NCBI GenBank assembly: GCA_944389515.1
Contig: CALXMQ010000003.1
Span: 44,762-108,761, forward strand
Direction of reading: 5' to 3'
DNA length: 64,000 bases
Origin: an uncultured Alphaproteobacteria bacterium
Lineage (GTDB): Bacteria; Pseudomonadota; Alphaproteobacteria; Rs-D84
Shown: positions 52,063 to 63,117 of the stretch, one piece after another
Numbering within the stretch: the first letter of the stretch is position 1
How the letters are laid out: every line of letters begins with the position of its first letter
The notes under the pieces: model-generated
Databases searched by the model: none
What the model was told of the DNA's origin: nothing
What the model saw: only the letters and a program-made list of their open reading frames with translations
Translations under genes and position numbers: made by a program

Positions 52063-54109
52063 CTATTACCACCCCACGATCAAATATAAACATTAAATCG
52101 CGTGTCCACGCATCTATATCCACCATATCACGTGCCGCCGATGCCGCCAATTTGAATAAATCCCGATGTCGCGCATAATCAACAAAGTGATAATTTATCC
52201 AACCACTTTGCCGCGTACCTAATAATTCACCTGTGCCACGCATAATTAAATCTTGTTCTGCGATGGCAAATCCATCATCTGTTTCTGTTAAAACATCCAG
52301 ACGTTTTAACCCATATTCACTGATATTACGGCCATACAGTAAAATACAATATGATCGTTGGTTACCACGACCAACACGTCCACGCAACTGGTGCAATGCC
52401 GCCAACCCAAATCGTTCTGCATTTTCAATTACAATAATTGTTGCACGGGGGACATCTATGCCAACCTCTATCACAGTGGTGGCGACCAATAATTTCATAT
52501 CAGAATTATCATCTGCAAACTTTGCCATAACAGCATCGCGTTGTTTTTTATCCATTTGACCATGCACCAATCCAGCATGTGGAAATATTTTTTTTAATTC
52601 ATCATATCGCGCATTTACAGCCGTTAAATCAGACACTTCGGATTCCGCCACCAATGGGCATACCCAAAAAACCTTGGCCCCAGAATCGATTTGAACACGT
52701 AACCGCGAAATCAGTTCATTTATACGTGCGATTGGTAACTTGGTGGTTATAATTGGCAACCGGCCGGCCGGCTTTTCATTTATAACAGACACATCCATAT
52801 CACCATATATGGTCATAGACAAAGTACGCGGAATCGGGGTTGCAGACAAAGCCAATAAATCAGGATTATTACCCTTGGCACGTAACGCTTCGCGTTGGGA
52901 TACGCCAAATCGATGCTGTTCATCAACGATGACCAAGCCTAAATCTTTGTATTCAACATCTTCGGAAAATAACGCATGTGTACCAATAATAATTTTGGTT
53001 CGTCCAGAACGCAAAGACACTAATTTTTCACGTCGCGTCGCCCCTTTGTCCCGACCCGTCAATATATCACATACAATGCCAATTTTTTCACACATGGGTT
53101 GTATTTTCGCATAATGTTGTTGCGCCAATGTATCTGTGGGTGCCAACAATGCCGTTTGCGCGCCAGATTCTGCCATTTTAACCGCCGCCGCCAATGCGAC
53201 AATGGTTTTACCACTGCCGACATCGCCTTGGACCAATCGCATCATCGGGACGTCACGTGCCAAATCATCAAAAATTTCACGCAAAGTGCGACTTTGTGCG
53301 CCAGTTAAATCAAATGGCATACACGCATAAAATCGCCCCATTAAATCATATTTACGTGGACGAACATCACGGCGGTTACGAACATCATTGCGATTACGGC
53401 GACTGATTACAATGGCCGTTTGATGTGCCAATAATTCCCAGTATGCTAATTTCACCATCCATGTTGAATTTGGCATTAAATCTTCGTTTGATTCTGGGTA
53501 ATGAACATGGCGCAGTGCATCAAAAAATTCGCGAACATTGTCGTCTGGTTCACCCACGATTTTATCGGGTAATAAATTAAAAATCTGGTCACGAACATTG
53601 GCAAAAGTTTTCTGGGTCAATCCTTCGCCCGCAGGATAAATTGCCTGGATTGACGGAATTTTATCCGCATTTTGCATTTCTTCGATAAAATCAGGATGGT
53701 TTATTGTCGGACGCGCGCTGCGTTCCAATTTACCACTGACCATACGCCATTGGCCGATTGGTAATTTTTTCAGCCAATAATCTAAAAAGTTCACATTAAA
53801 GAATTGCAAAACAACCGTATTGCCCATTTTATCGGCACATGTAATTTGTGTTGGGCGCCGATGGCCACGAAACACCCCACCCTGCTTATGCGATTTTACC
53901 AATAATGGTATTGTAATTATATCGCCAGCCGCAGCATCAGCAACATTTTCAGTGATTCCGCGCGCACGAACATATGCCGGCGTATGCAGTAAAAAATCCA
54001 ACACACGACGTCCAGGCAAAACATCATCAAACCGGGTCGCCAAAACTGGGCCAACGCCTTTGATAAACTGTAAATCTGTATTCAAAAAATCTAATAATTC
54101 GCGCTTCAT
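52055..54109 (-). CDS. recG: ATP-dependent DNA helicase RecG
   Basis: QGDVGSGKT, APTDTLAQQH, VDEQHRFGV, SATPIPRTL, LHQLRGRVGRG. Confidence 0.96.
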   Translation of the reverse strand: MKRELLDFLNTDLQFIKGVGPVLATRFDDVLPGRRVLDFLLHTPAYVRARGITENVADAAAGDIITIPLLVKSHKQGGVFRGHRRPTQITCADKMGNTVVLQFFNVNFLDYWLKKLPIGQWRMVSGKLERSARPTINHPDFIEEMQNADKIPSIQAIYPAGEGLTQKTFANVRDQIFNLLPDKIVGEPDDNVREFFDALRHVHYPESNEDLMPNSTWMVKLAYWELLAHQTAIVISRRNRNDVRNRRDVRPRKYDLMGRFYACMPFDLTGAQSRTLREIFDDLARDVPMMRLVQGDVGSGKTIVALAAAVKMAESGAQTALLAPTDTLAQQHYAKIQPMCEKIGIVCDILTGRDKGATRREKLVSLRSGRTKIIIGTHALFSEDVEYKDLGLVIVDEQHRFGVSQREALRAKGNNPDLLALSATPIPRTLSMTIYGDMDVSVINEKPAGRLPIITTKLPIARINELISRLRVQIDSGAKVFWVCPLVAESEVSDLTAVNARYDELKKIFPHAGLVHGQMDKKQRDAVMAKFADDNSDMKLLVATTVIEVGIDVPRATIIVIENAERFGLAALHQLRGRVGRGNQRSYCILLYGRNISEYGLKRLDVLTETDDGFAIAEQDLIMRGTGELLGTRQSGWINYHFVDYARHRDLFKLAASAARDMVDIDAWTRDLMFIFDRGVVIGA

Positions 54110-54241
54110 ATACTATAAAATTAGTCAAAATATATAAAAATGGCAATGATAAAGTTATATATAACCAACAAAAATATTGACAACAAGTTGTTTTGTACTA
54201 TATTATGTACCAACAAAACATTTTAACCCAAGGGAAAAATT

Positions 54242-54541
54242 ATGACAGACAAAAAAACATTATTGGGACAAATTGAGTTTTTACGTGAACGCAATGCGCG
54301 CCTGTATGATGAAACAAAATCTTTGAAACATCAAAATCATGTATTATTGCAAAATGCGGCTAACTTGAATCAAATGATTGCGAACCGCGATGCGCAAATT
54401 GCCGACTTACGCGCTGAAATTGCCGCCAAAGAAGAAGAAATTCGCAAACAAAGCCAAAAATTAGAAGTTTTGATGGAATATAATAAACGTCTGAACGAAA
54501 AGGCAAATTTGGTACGTGATTTACCGTCAAACGTACGATAA
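54242..54541 (+). CDS. Small coiled-coil hypothetical protein
   Basis: Heptad pattern; promoter TTGACA-16-TATATT and RBS AAGGG upstream. Confidence 0.6.
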   Translation: MTDKKTLLGQIEFLRERNARLYDETKSLKHQNHVLLQNAANLNQMIANRDAQIADLRAEIAAKEEEIRKQSQKLEVLMEYNKRLNEKANLVRDLPSNVR

Positions 54542-54588
54542 AATAATATCATACATATAATGAAATACGGGGCAAATGCCCCGTATTT

Positions 54589-56385
54589 TTATCCCACCAA
54601 TTTATGCCAAATGCTTTGTTTTTTGGCCGGTGCTTTTTTACGACGACGATGTGGTGCGTTCATTGTTGTCTTTTTCGCATCCACATGTTGCGCATTTTTC
54701 TTTTTCGCATCTGTTGATGGTGCATATGCATTCAACAAATCATCTGTTTTATTTTGTTCTGGGGCGACACGTTGGATTGAATATTGGTCAATATTCATCA
54801 AACTGTCATCGCCAACAATAACAATTTCTGTATCAAATTCAGATTCCATTGACGCCAATTCTGCACGCTTGTGATTCAACAGGTAAATCGCAATATCAGT
54901 TGGAACCGTCATAATAATTTTCTGGGCACTTTTTGCCAATAATTTTTCCTGTAAATGACGGAATAATATTATTGATGCCGTTTGAATAGACGGTACCACC
55001 CCTGCCCCCATACAGTGCGGACATTGAACATACGACGATTCCATAAAACTGCTGCGCAGACGTTGACGCGACAACATCAATACCCCAAAGTTATTGATTT
55101 TTGCAACCTGGGTACGGGCACGGTCACGCTTCATCACTTCGCGCATTTTTGATTCTAATTTACGATTATTCTTTTCTTCTTCCATATCGATAAAGTCAAT
55201 CGCAATAATCCCGGCCAAATCGCGCAACCGTAATTGCAAGGCGATTTCTTCGGCGGCCTCTAAATTAGTATTCAATGCGGTTTGTTCAATATCTTTTTCC
55301 TTTATCGCACGTGATGAATTTACGTCGATTGTCACCATGGCTTCGGTTTGATTGATAACCAAGGATCCACCAGATGGCAACTGAACATATGGGCCATGCA
55401 TACCTTCCAGTTGTTTTTCAACACCGGCCTTGACCATCAATGGAACCGCCGGGTCACGATATTGAACCAGTTGCTTGCGCGGGGCACGACCGTACATTTG
55501 TTGAAAATACTGTTTGGCGGCATCGTATGCTTCTTCGCCCTGGATAATCAATACATCGTCTTTGTCCGACAAGAAATCACGAACAACGCGGCGTAACAAA
55601 GAATCTTCGGTATGAATTGTAACAGGCGCAATGGATTCCAGCGTCGTTTTACGAATTTCGTTCCATAAATTGACCAAGTAATCATAATCTTTGGCAATAT
55701 CAACAGAATTTGCCCCCATCGCCGCAGTACGTAAAACAACCGTCATACCACGTGGAATTTTTAATTCGTGCAATATTTCACGCAGACGGGCACGTTCAGC
55801 CTTGTCCGAAATCTTTTTAGAAATTCCATAACTGTTACGTTTGCGCGAATTAGGCATCAATACCGCAAAACGGCCGGCCAAAGACAAATATGTTGTCATT
55901 GATGCGCCCTTTTGCCCACGTTCTTCTTTGACGCCTTGGACCAACAAGATTTGTTTTGGCTTTATAACATCCTGGATTTTGAATTCATGCGAACGTTTTA
56001 ATAATTCTTTGTTATCTTCGCCAGCACTGTGGTCATCGTATTCGGCGACTTCGTCGGCATCGTCATCTGGATCGTCATCGTCGTCAACAATATTTGCATG
56101 TGCCAATTCAATCAATTTCTTTTTTTGTTCTGGGGTCACCTGGTAATAATCGGGATGAATTTCAGAAAATGGCAAAAAACCATTTTTACCCGACCCGTAA
56201 TCAACAAATGCCGCCTGCAAGGAAGGTTCGACGCGAATAACCTTGGCCAGATAAATGTTCCCTTTTATCTGGGGTTTAGTGGTTGTTTCAACGTCAAAAT
56301 CAGAAACACGATTGGTTGTGGTATCCACAACAACGACACGCGTTTCTTCCGGGTGGACTGCGTCCACATAAATCTTCTTTGACAT
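54589..56385 (-). CDS. rne: Ribonuclease E/G family
   Basis: KGNIYLAKVIRVEPSLQAAFVDYG, IDVNS, DFIDM, CPHC Zn link; start revised to MSKKIYVDA. Confidence 0.93.
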   Translation of the reverse strand: MSKKIYVDAVHPEETRVVVVDTTTNRVSDFDVETTTKPQIKGNIYLAKVIRVEPSLQAAFVDYGSGKNGFLPFSEIHPDYYQVTPEQKKKLIELAHANIVDDDDDPDDDADEVAEYDDHSAGEDNKELLKRSHEFKIQDVIKPKQILLVQGVKEERGQKGASMTTYLSLAGRFAVLMPNSRKRNSYGISKKISDKAERARLREILHELKIPRGMTVVLRTAAMGANSVDIAKDYDYLVNLWNEIRKTTLESIAPVTIHTEDSLLRRVVRDFLSDKDDVLIIQGEEAYDAAKQYFQQMYGRAPRKQLVQYRDPAVPLMVKAGVEKQLEGMHGPYVQLPSGGSLVINQTEAMVTIDVNSSRAIKEKDIEQTALNTNLEAAEEIALQLRLRDLAGIIAIDFIDMEEEKNNRKLESKMREVMKRDRARTQVAKINNFGVLMLSRQRLRSSFMESSYVQCPHCMGAGVVPSIQTASIILFRHLQEKLLAKSAQKIIMTVPTDIAIYLLNHKRAELASMESEFDTEIVIVGDDSLMNIDQYSIQRVAPEQNKTDDLLNAYAPSTDAKKKNAQHVDAKKTTMNAPHRRRKKAPAKKQSIWHKLVG

Positions 56386-56592
56386 TAAATAATCCTTTTG
56401 TTTTATACGCGTATGTAATGGCAATAACCCGTCCCCGTGGGGCGTCCATGCCCATGCCAAGGGAATACGCAATGATGACAAACAGCGCATAACGAATTAA
56501 AGAAATTAGTGATAACATAAACACTTTACTATCAACCCCATTTCATACGTCAAATCCCAGCATAGCATGCCGAATAAACGCAAGCAAGGCAT

Positions 56593-57615
56593 TTATTTTT
56601 TCCGACGTTTAATATTTTTTATTTGGGTTGGAATATGTGGAATTTTTTCCTGGGCGGCGGCCAACCAGCGTTTCATACGCGTACGCAGCCAATGTTCGTA
56701 TATGAAAAACAACCCACCGACACCAATCAATGGCAACACATAATATATAATTCTGTACGCCAACAATGCACCAAATATATCGGCCTTGTCCACTGTATCT
56801 GGCAACGCCAGCAAAAATATACTTTCAAATACGCCAATACCACCAGGAACCTGGCTGAATACGCCAGTGGCCTGGGCAATGACAAACAATCCGATATATG
56901 TTCCAAACGGAATATGCACAAATGGCATCAAACAAAAGTATAATACCATACCGGCCAATATACTGTCGGTGGCACCCAGTAAAATCTGTAATAATGCGGT
57001 TCTGGTTGTGGGAACCATAAATTTAATTTTACCGATTTTGATATTCTTTTTCTGAAAGAATAATGTTACCGCCAAATAAGCCAAAACCGCCGCAGTACAT
57101 ATAATAAATAAAGTATTTATACCAACACTGGCCCCGACTGATTTATCTAAAATATGGGACGGCACCAGAAAATACCCGGCAATAACAATCGCAGAAAACC
57201 CCAAGAAAAAAGTAAAACCAGAAAAAGTTATCATTTTCAAGATATCGCCGCCACTGATGCGCCACCGTGTATACAGCCGATATCGAATTGCGCCACCACT
57301 GACAACCGCGTTACCAGCGTTGTTACTGATTGCAAATCCCAACATGCCAGCCATCATCCATTTCCACCAAGAAACACGCGCGCCAACATATCGTAATGCC
57401 AAATAATCATACAATGATAACGCCAAATAACCCAATCCACATGCAATACATGCCGCAATCAAATTCACAGGCGGAATATCAATCAATGCGTGAAAAATAT
57501 CAGAAAAACTGTAATCACGCAGTTGCCACCACAACATAACGGCGGCCAATATAAAGAAAAAAAGGCCCGAATAACTGACTAATTTTTTGAACAGGCGCTT
57601 TGCCTTGGCTGACAT
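56593..57615 (-). CDS. Lysylphosphatidylglycerol synthase-TM / UPF0104 flippase-like membrane protein
   Basis: GGAIRYRLYTRW, QVPGGIGVFE, ALLAYRIIYY; MprF N-terminal-like domain only. Confidence 0.8.
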   Translation of the reverse strand: MSAKAKRLFKKLVSYSGLFFFILAAVMLWWQLRDYSFSDIFHALIDIPPVNLIAACIACGLGYLALSLYDYLALRYVGARVSWWKWMMAGMLGFAISNNAGNAVVSGGAIRYRLYTRWRISGGDILKMITFSGFTFFLGFSAIVIAGYFLVPSHILDKSVGASVGINTLFIICTAAVLAYLAVTLFFQKKNIKIGKIKFMVPTTRTALLQILLGATDSILAGMVLYFCLMPFVHIPFGTYIGLFVIAQATGVFSQVPGGIGVFESIFLLALPDTVDKADIFGALLAYRIIYYVLPLIGVGGLFFIYEHWLRTRMKRWLAAAQEKIPHIPTQIKNIKRRKK

Positions 57616-57739
57616 ACAAATCCTTTTTCAATTTCGACAGGATACACATATGATTGTCAAAAATCAAATGCAAAAAAAATTGCAATCCTGTCACTTTATT
57701 ATATAGTAATACATCAATAAAACAAAAGGATTTTATAAA

Positions 57740-58456
57740 ATGATGCGTCCGTCAATGCGCCAACCCACACAAATGCGACCTGTATCAATAGAAACAGGTG
57801 TAAATAAATGGGCCGAAGGTTCTTGTTTAATAAAAATTGGCGGAACCCAGGTTTTATGTACCGCATCTGTTGAACTGAATCAGCCATTATGGAAACGTCT
57901 GCAAAATAAAACAGGCGGATGGGTTACGGCGGAATATTCAATGTTGCCGCGCGCAAATGGCACACGAAAAACACGTGACGCGTTGGCCAAAGATCATCGA
58001 AACGCAGAAATATCACGACTGATTGGGCGCGCAATGCGCAGTATTGTTGATATGGAAAAACTGGGGCGGCATACAATAACAATCGATTGCGATGTAATCC
58101 AGGCAGATGGCGGAACACGGTGCGCATCAATTACTGGCGGATATGTGGCGTTGGTATTGGCCGTTCGAAAATTGATTGAATCTGGCCGTATACATGAAAA
58201 TCCTGTACGGGATTATGTTGCCGCAATTTCTGCCGGACTGTGGAACGACGAATTGATTTTAGATTTAGATTATGACGAAGATTGCGTCGCAGAAATGGAT
58301 GCTAACTTTGTCGTATCTGGCAATGGCGATTTCGTGGAAATCCAGGCAACTGGTGAACAGCATCCATTTAACAGTGCCCAGATAGAAAAACTGATGGAAA
58401 TGGCACAAACAGGATGCAAAAAACTGATTGATTTACAACGCCAAGTATTGGAATAA
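57740..58456 (+). CDS. rph: Ribonuclease PH
   Basis: GWVTAEYSMLPRA, EISRLIGR, DCDVIQADGGTR, LDLDYDED, EIQATGE. Confidence 0.96.
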   Translation: MMRPSMRQPTQMRPVSIETGVNKWAEGSCLIKIGGTQVLCTASVELNQPLWKRLQNKTGGWVTAEYSMLPRANGTRKTRDALAKDHRNAEISRLIGRAMRSIVDMEKLGRHTITIDCDVIQADGGTRCASITGGYVALVLAVRKLIESGRIHENPVRDYVAAISAGLWNDELILDLDYDEDCVAEMDANFVVSGNGDFVEIQATGEQHPFNSAQIEKLMEMAQTGCKKLIDLQRQVLE

Positions 58457-58472
58457 ACACATATCAAAATAA

Positions 58473-59252
58473 TTAAAATGCGTATGGTTTGGCACGGAAA
58501 TTTTCGCGTGCAGCCTGGATATTTTTGGCAACATCCGATGTATAGCGCCCCATATCAACCAAATCCAAAGACCCATAATACGCCGTCATCATTGGGTCAT
58601 ATGCATTTGTTGTCGATATCCATTTATCTGTCCCAGAATTTGGCGCACCGTATTTATCCAAGACACCTTGCCAAAAAGTTAAAATTTTCTTTTCACGTTG
58701 GTCGACAAATTTTTCGTTATCGCCTTCTATTTCATTTACATCGTTATTATATAAAATGCGCCAAACAACATTATCATCCGCATTGCTGGTAAAATATACA
58801 ACGATTGTTTCACCAGTATTTTCGCGCAACAAATGCAATTCCGCCGCATATAATAAACCACGATCTTTGGCCAAAGTATTTATACACTGTTCCAATTCAG
58901 ACGGGACAACGATACCCTGTTGCCGACATTCATAATCCAGATTATATTTCCACTGTTTTTGAATTGAATAAACAATGCTGTCTTGTTTGCGTGGCGAATA
59001 CAGTCCCTTGGATTTGAAAAACAACGTTTCAACATCATCAAATGACATGCCCAACATAACCCCAGCAATATCAAAATTATTTACAGTTATGGGTTTCGCC
59101 CCAGCATTTAATGTCACAGAATTTGTTGTCACATCTGTTGTTCCACCATCTGTGATGGCAAAATTGCTGAAATCAAAATCATCTGTGGCGGCCCAGGTTG
59201 GCGTAACAAATGCCAATAATAAAACCGCGAAAATATAATTACACAAACGCAT
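58473..59252 (-). CDS. Exported hypothetical protein
   Basis: Signal peptide (PTWA); last gene of the bamA-linked run. Confidence 0.6.
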   Translation of the reverse strand: MRLCNYIFAVLLLAFVTPTWAATDDFDFSNFAITDGGTTDVTTNSVTLNAGAKPITVNNFDIAGVMLGMSFDDVETLFFKSKGLYSPRKQDSIVYSIQKQWKYNLDYECRQQGIVVPSELEQCINTLAKDRGLLYAAELHLLRENTGETIVVYFTSNADDNVVWRILYNNDVNEIEGDNEKFVDQREKKILTFWQGVLDKYGAPNSGTDKWISTTNAYDPMMTAYYGSLDLVDMGRYTSDVAKNIQAARENFRAKPYAF

Positions 59253-59258
59253 TAAATG

Positions 59259-59903
59259 TTATCCTTGTATGATTTGATTCACGCGAAAGTTAAATACAGC
59301 CGCCGGATCGCCACCATTTTCTAAAAAACGGTGTAATTCAGCGATACTTACATCTTTGCGCATGCCCATTTCATATGTTATATTCATATACATTGTACCA
59401 CGTGTGATTGTCGGTGCAACACTGAAATCATTAGGCGTGTTCCATGTGGTCAATTCATAATTGACAACCCAATACTGACTGCCGCTGGGTTGATAAATTT
59501 TATCAATAACACGCACAGTGCGCATGGATTTGTCCCTGGCCAGTTTTTGAATTGATTGCGCTTCGTTGGATGTCCACTCTTCAAACACCGCCGGCACAGA
59601 CATACGTGCCAACACACCGTTTGCCGCCATGCGTCGTGCGATATTTTCAGCATCCGGCGCAGCATAAAAATATTCCGTCACATATTTACGAACCAATAAA
59701 TCCAAAAATTCTGAATCCCCCATATATTCAGGTGTTTGTGGAACCCCAGGTCGACGTTCTGATAAATTATTCGGCTGAAAGAAATATGGGAAAATATTCT
59801 GATTCATCCCAGCATCAAAAATACCACCGGCAAAATATATACCCACACCGGTCAACACCAGTAATATCACACCAGCAAAAAACATTATCAACTTTTTCAT
59901 CAA
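59259..59903 (-). CDS. Bitopic protein with VirB8/NTF2-like periplasmic domain (putative)
   Basis: Single TM, LVRKYVTEYF helix, VRVIDKI..WVVNY strands. Confidence 0.45.
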   Translation of the reverse strand: MMKKLIMFFAGVILLVLTGVGIYFAGGIFDAGMNQNIFPYFFQPNNLSERRPGVPQTPEYMGDSEFLDLLVRKYVTEYFYAAPDAENIARRMAANGVLARMSVPAVFEEWTSNEAQSIQKLARDKSMRTVRVIDKIYQPSGSQYWVVNYELTTWNTPNDFSVAPTITRGTMYMNITYEMGMRKDVSIAELHRFLENGGDPAAVFNFRVNQIIQG

Positions 59904-60601
59904 TTTATCTTGTATGCGTTAAAATCAGCAACATAATATCCCAATGTTTGCGGATAGTTTTCTGGATTGCGAGCAACCTTGGCAAATGCAAATACGGTCA
60001 TATCACCCGATATGTTGGATTTTATTGTGGCCAAAATTCGCCACGTTCCCCCAGAAACATTTATTTCGCCGGCCGGTTCAATCTGGAACTGGGTCTTGTC
60101 AACAACCCAATATTCCCCTATTGCAACACGCGACTGATAATCTGGGACAACATCGTATATAAAACGATTAAATAATTCTTCGCCAGATGAACAAAACAAA
60201 GTACATGTTTTATCGTCAAAGCCACGTTTTGACTTTTCCCCACACATTTCATCACGTTTGCACGTTTGCCACATTGCGTCGTTTTCAGATGTAATTTCAG
60301 ATATAGTAAACCAATTTGCAGCAAAATTTCCAACAACAGATTGCTGGAACGACCATAATGCTGGATATTCAATCGGCCCATTTCCATGCGAATGCCCAAC
60401 CACCGTCCATTGTCCTGTAATATCATCCACAGATACGATAAATGGGTCAACACGCCCAGAACGCAATGACCATAACAACACAACACATGCAAAGATTATC
60501 AAAACAAATAGTACGCACGACGCAATCGCCATAAATCTGGATATGGCAATACGCGTGCCCGCCGGAAATGCGGGTATGTCAAAATTGTCTGGATAATCCA
60601 A
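59900..60601 (-). CDS. VirB8-like bitopic protein (putative)
   Basis: TM followed by VDPFIVSVDDITGQWTVV, resembling the VirB8 PxxxxVDxxTG motif; C-terminal GYYVADF. Confidence 0.5.
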   Translation of the reverse strand: MDYPDNFDIPAFPAGTRIAISRFMAIASCVLFVLIIFACVVLLWSLRSGRVDPFIVSVDDITGQWTVVGHSHGNGPIEYPALWSFQQSVVGNFAANWFTISEITSENDAMWQTCKRDEMCGEKSKRGFDDKTCTLFCSSGEELFNRFIYDVVPDYQSRVAIGEYWVVDKTQFQIEPAGEINVSGGTWRILATIKSNISGDMTVFAFAKVARNPENYPQTLGYYVADFNAYKIN

Positions 60602-60630
60602 TGATGTCCCCCCTGTATTTTAATGGTGGA

Positions 60631-60777
60631 TTATGCCTGGAACACCATGATGCAGGCACACGGACTCAATTTCAATTCATTATTATCATATCCAACGCCA
60701 ACCGGTTCACGATCGTAAATCTGGCCACAGCCTGCCAAAACCAATGCGACAAATAACCCCAGTATTACTTTCTTCAT
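60631..60777 (-). CDS. 48-aa lipoprotein (LAGC lipobox, C-terminal SPCAC)
   Basis: MKKVILGLFVALVLAG-C; RBS AAGGGG before ATG 60777. Confidence 0.7.
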   Translation of the reverse strand: MKKVILGLFVALVLAGCGQIYDREPVGVGYDNNELKLSPCACIMVFQA

Positions 60778-60842
60778 GACTTTCCCCCTTATCATAAATA
60801 AATTATAAGAAAATTTCGCCCATCCGGTCAAGATATAAAACA

Positions 60843-63116
60843 CTAAAATTGTGTTTCAAACGACAGCAAGAAACGCTGTTCCCGGTCGTATTTATTCATC
60901 TTTAACGGCCATCCCCATGAAAAGTTCATCGGTCCCATCGGGGTATTCCAATAAATACCAACCCCAGCAGATGTGCGCAAATCACTGTCAATCAAGTTAG
61001 GTACACCGGCAAATGTGTATTCTTCTTTTGGTGGCTTGCCCAAAATACCATAATCCAAGAATACAAACCCTTTGACCTGGTATTCATCTGGTATAAATAT
61101 TGGGAAATTCAACTGGGTTGAACCATTTACCTTCCACAATCCGCCCAATGAATATGTGGTATATGCCCAATTTCGCGAACCAACGCCAGCAATATCAAAA
61201 CCACGTAACGTTTCACCGCCCAAGAAATAACGATAAACACGCGATACATATGAATTGTCAATCGGCTGAATCAATCCGAATTCTAGTGATGAACGCAGTT
61301 GCCACCGATCATCCCAGAATTTTACCATGCCAATAATATCAGCATTATACCGCATATATGTTTCAGTACCACCAAACCCAGTATATGCAATTCCAATATT
61401 GCCAACAACACCAGTATGTGTATTTTGCTCAAAATTTGTGTCCAGATTATAATACCGCAGATATGTCCCCAGTGTAAACAAACTGGCATCACGCCAACCA
61501 TCATCAGAATTCAAATCGTAATTCTGGTCAAATGATGCGGATAAACGCACCGTTTGTGACCAATGGTCGGTCAATTTCCACCCCATACGTCCAGCCACCG
61601 TCAAAGAATCACGATCATATCCAAATCCACCCAATGACGTATAATCATACATTGTATATGAAACATCAAATCCCGCAGATAACGGCCGACCAAATAAATA
61701 TGGTTCTGTGAAACTGAACAAAGCCTGGCGCTGGTACTGGGCAATCGAACCGCGCAGTTGAACAATTTGACCACGCCCCATAAAATTAGATTCTGAAATT
61801 CCGGCATCAACCATAAAACCGTTGATATTCGACCAACCAAAACCACCAGATAATTCACCAGTTGGTTGTTCTTCGACCTGGATATCCAGGTTTATCATAT
61901 TCGCATCAGCAATACGATTTGGCACCATTTTCACGTCTTTGAAATAACGGGTGCGCATTAAATTTTGACGGCCTTCTTCGATTGTTTGTAATGAAAATGG
62001 GTCACCAGAACGCATTGGTATCAACTGTTCTATCACGGAATCAAATGTGCGAACATTGCCCAAAATATTTATATTATTCAGATAAATACGATTTGTTTTT
62101 TCAATCTGAAATTCTATATCGATTGTGTTCGTATCATCATTTTTTGTTGGCACAGGATTTACATTTATAAACGCATATCCATGATCTGCCACCGCGCCAC
62201 GCAAATTAGAAATCGTTTCATCAACCAAATCAATATTGTAAACGTCCCCAGAATCCATCGTGATAACATCATATAGTTCTGAATCTGGAACATCAGGGAA
62301 CGGATTTTTTATGGTCAATTTACCAAAATTATATTTTTCACCTTCGTCAATCGTAAATGTCACAGAATAATACTGACGATCAGGGGTAAATACGCCATTT
62401 GCATCAGTAACCTGGATATCAACATATCCATTACGCATATAAAATTGACGTATCATTTGTTGGTCATACATGATTCTGTCTTCGTCAAAAACATCAAATT
62501 GCGTCATAAAACGCCACCACGCATGTTCGCGCGACAAAATTTGATCACGTAATTCAGAATCACGAAAAACCTTGTTTCCTGTGAAATCAATACTGCGGAT
62601 ATATGTTGGATGACCTTCGTCAATTTCGTACACAACATTTACACGATTATCATCCAGTTCTATTTTTTGTGGTTCGATTTTGGTACCAAAGAATCCCTTG
62701 CGCTGGTATATGGTCAACATACGTTGCACATCAGCGCCAATAACAGATTCATCATATGAATCACGTGATTTTAACCGCAATTCTTTTTTCAAATCATCGG
62801 TGGAAATTTCATCGTTTCCTTCGATTGTGACCATGTTGACGGTTGGGGCCTCTGTAATATCAATTTTCAAAACATTGCCCGACATGCGCACACTGACACG
62901 AGAAAAATATCCACTTTCCTGTAAACGTTTTGCGATTTGATTCGCAGATTCAGACGTTACATTATCCCCAACATGCACATCTGACAAAATACGCACAGAT
63001 TCTGCGTCCATGCGCATATTGCCGGTGACATCTATGCGTGACACAGTCGCCGCACATGCCAACACAGGCGACACAATAATTCCAGTGGCTGTTAAAAATA
63101 ATTTCTGTCCGTTCAT
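60843..63116 (-). CDS. bamA: Outer membrane protein assembly factor BamA
   Basis: Five POTRA domains, GGETLRGF loop, terminal FETQF. Confidence 0.96.
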   Translation of the reverse strand: MNGQKLFLTATGIIVSPVLACAATVSRIDVTGNMRMDAESVRILSDVHVGDNVTSESANQIAKRLQESGYFSRVSVRMSGNVLKIDITEAPTVNMVTIEGNDEISTDDLKKELRLKSRDSYDESVIGADVQRMLTIYQRKGFFGTKIEPQKIELDDNRVNVVYEIDEGHPTYIRSIDFTGNKVFRDSELRDQILSREHAWWRFMTQFDVFDEDRIMYDQQMIRQFYMRNGYVDIQVTDANGVFTPDRQYYSVTFTIDEGEKYNFGKLTIKNPFPDVPDSELYDVITMDSGDVYNIDLVDETISNLRGAVADHGYAFINVNPVPTKNDDTNTIDIEFQIEKTNRIYLNNINILGNVRTFDSVIEQLIPMRSGDPFSLQTIEEGRQNLMRTRYFKDVKMVPNRIADANMINLDIQVEEQPTGELSGGFGWSNINGFMVDAGISESNFMGRGQIVQLRGSIAQYQRQALFSFTEPYLFGRPLSAGFDVSYTMYDYTSLGGFGYDRDSLTVAGRMGWKLTDHWSQTVRLSASFDQNYDLNSDDGWRDASLFTLGTYLRYYNLDTNFEQNTHTGVVGNIGIAYTGFGGTETYMRYNADIIGMVKFWDDRWQLRSSLEFGLIQPIDNSYVSRVYRYFLGGETLRGFDIAGVGSRNWAYTTYSLGGLWKVNGSTQLNFPIFIPDEYQVKGFVFLDYGILGKPPKEEYTFAGVPNLIDSDLRTSAGVGIYWNTPMGPMNFSWGWPLKMNKYDREQRFLLSFETQF

Positions 63117-63117
63117 A

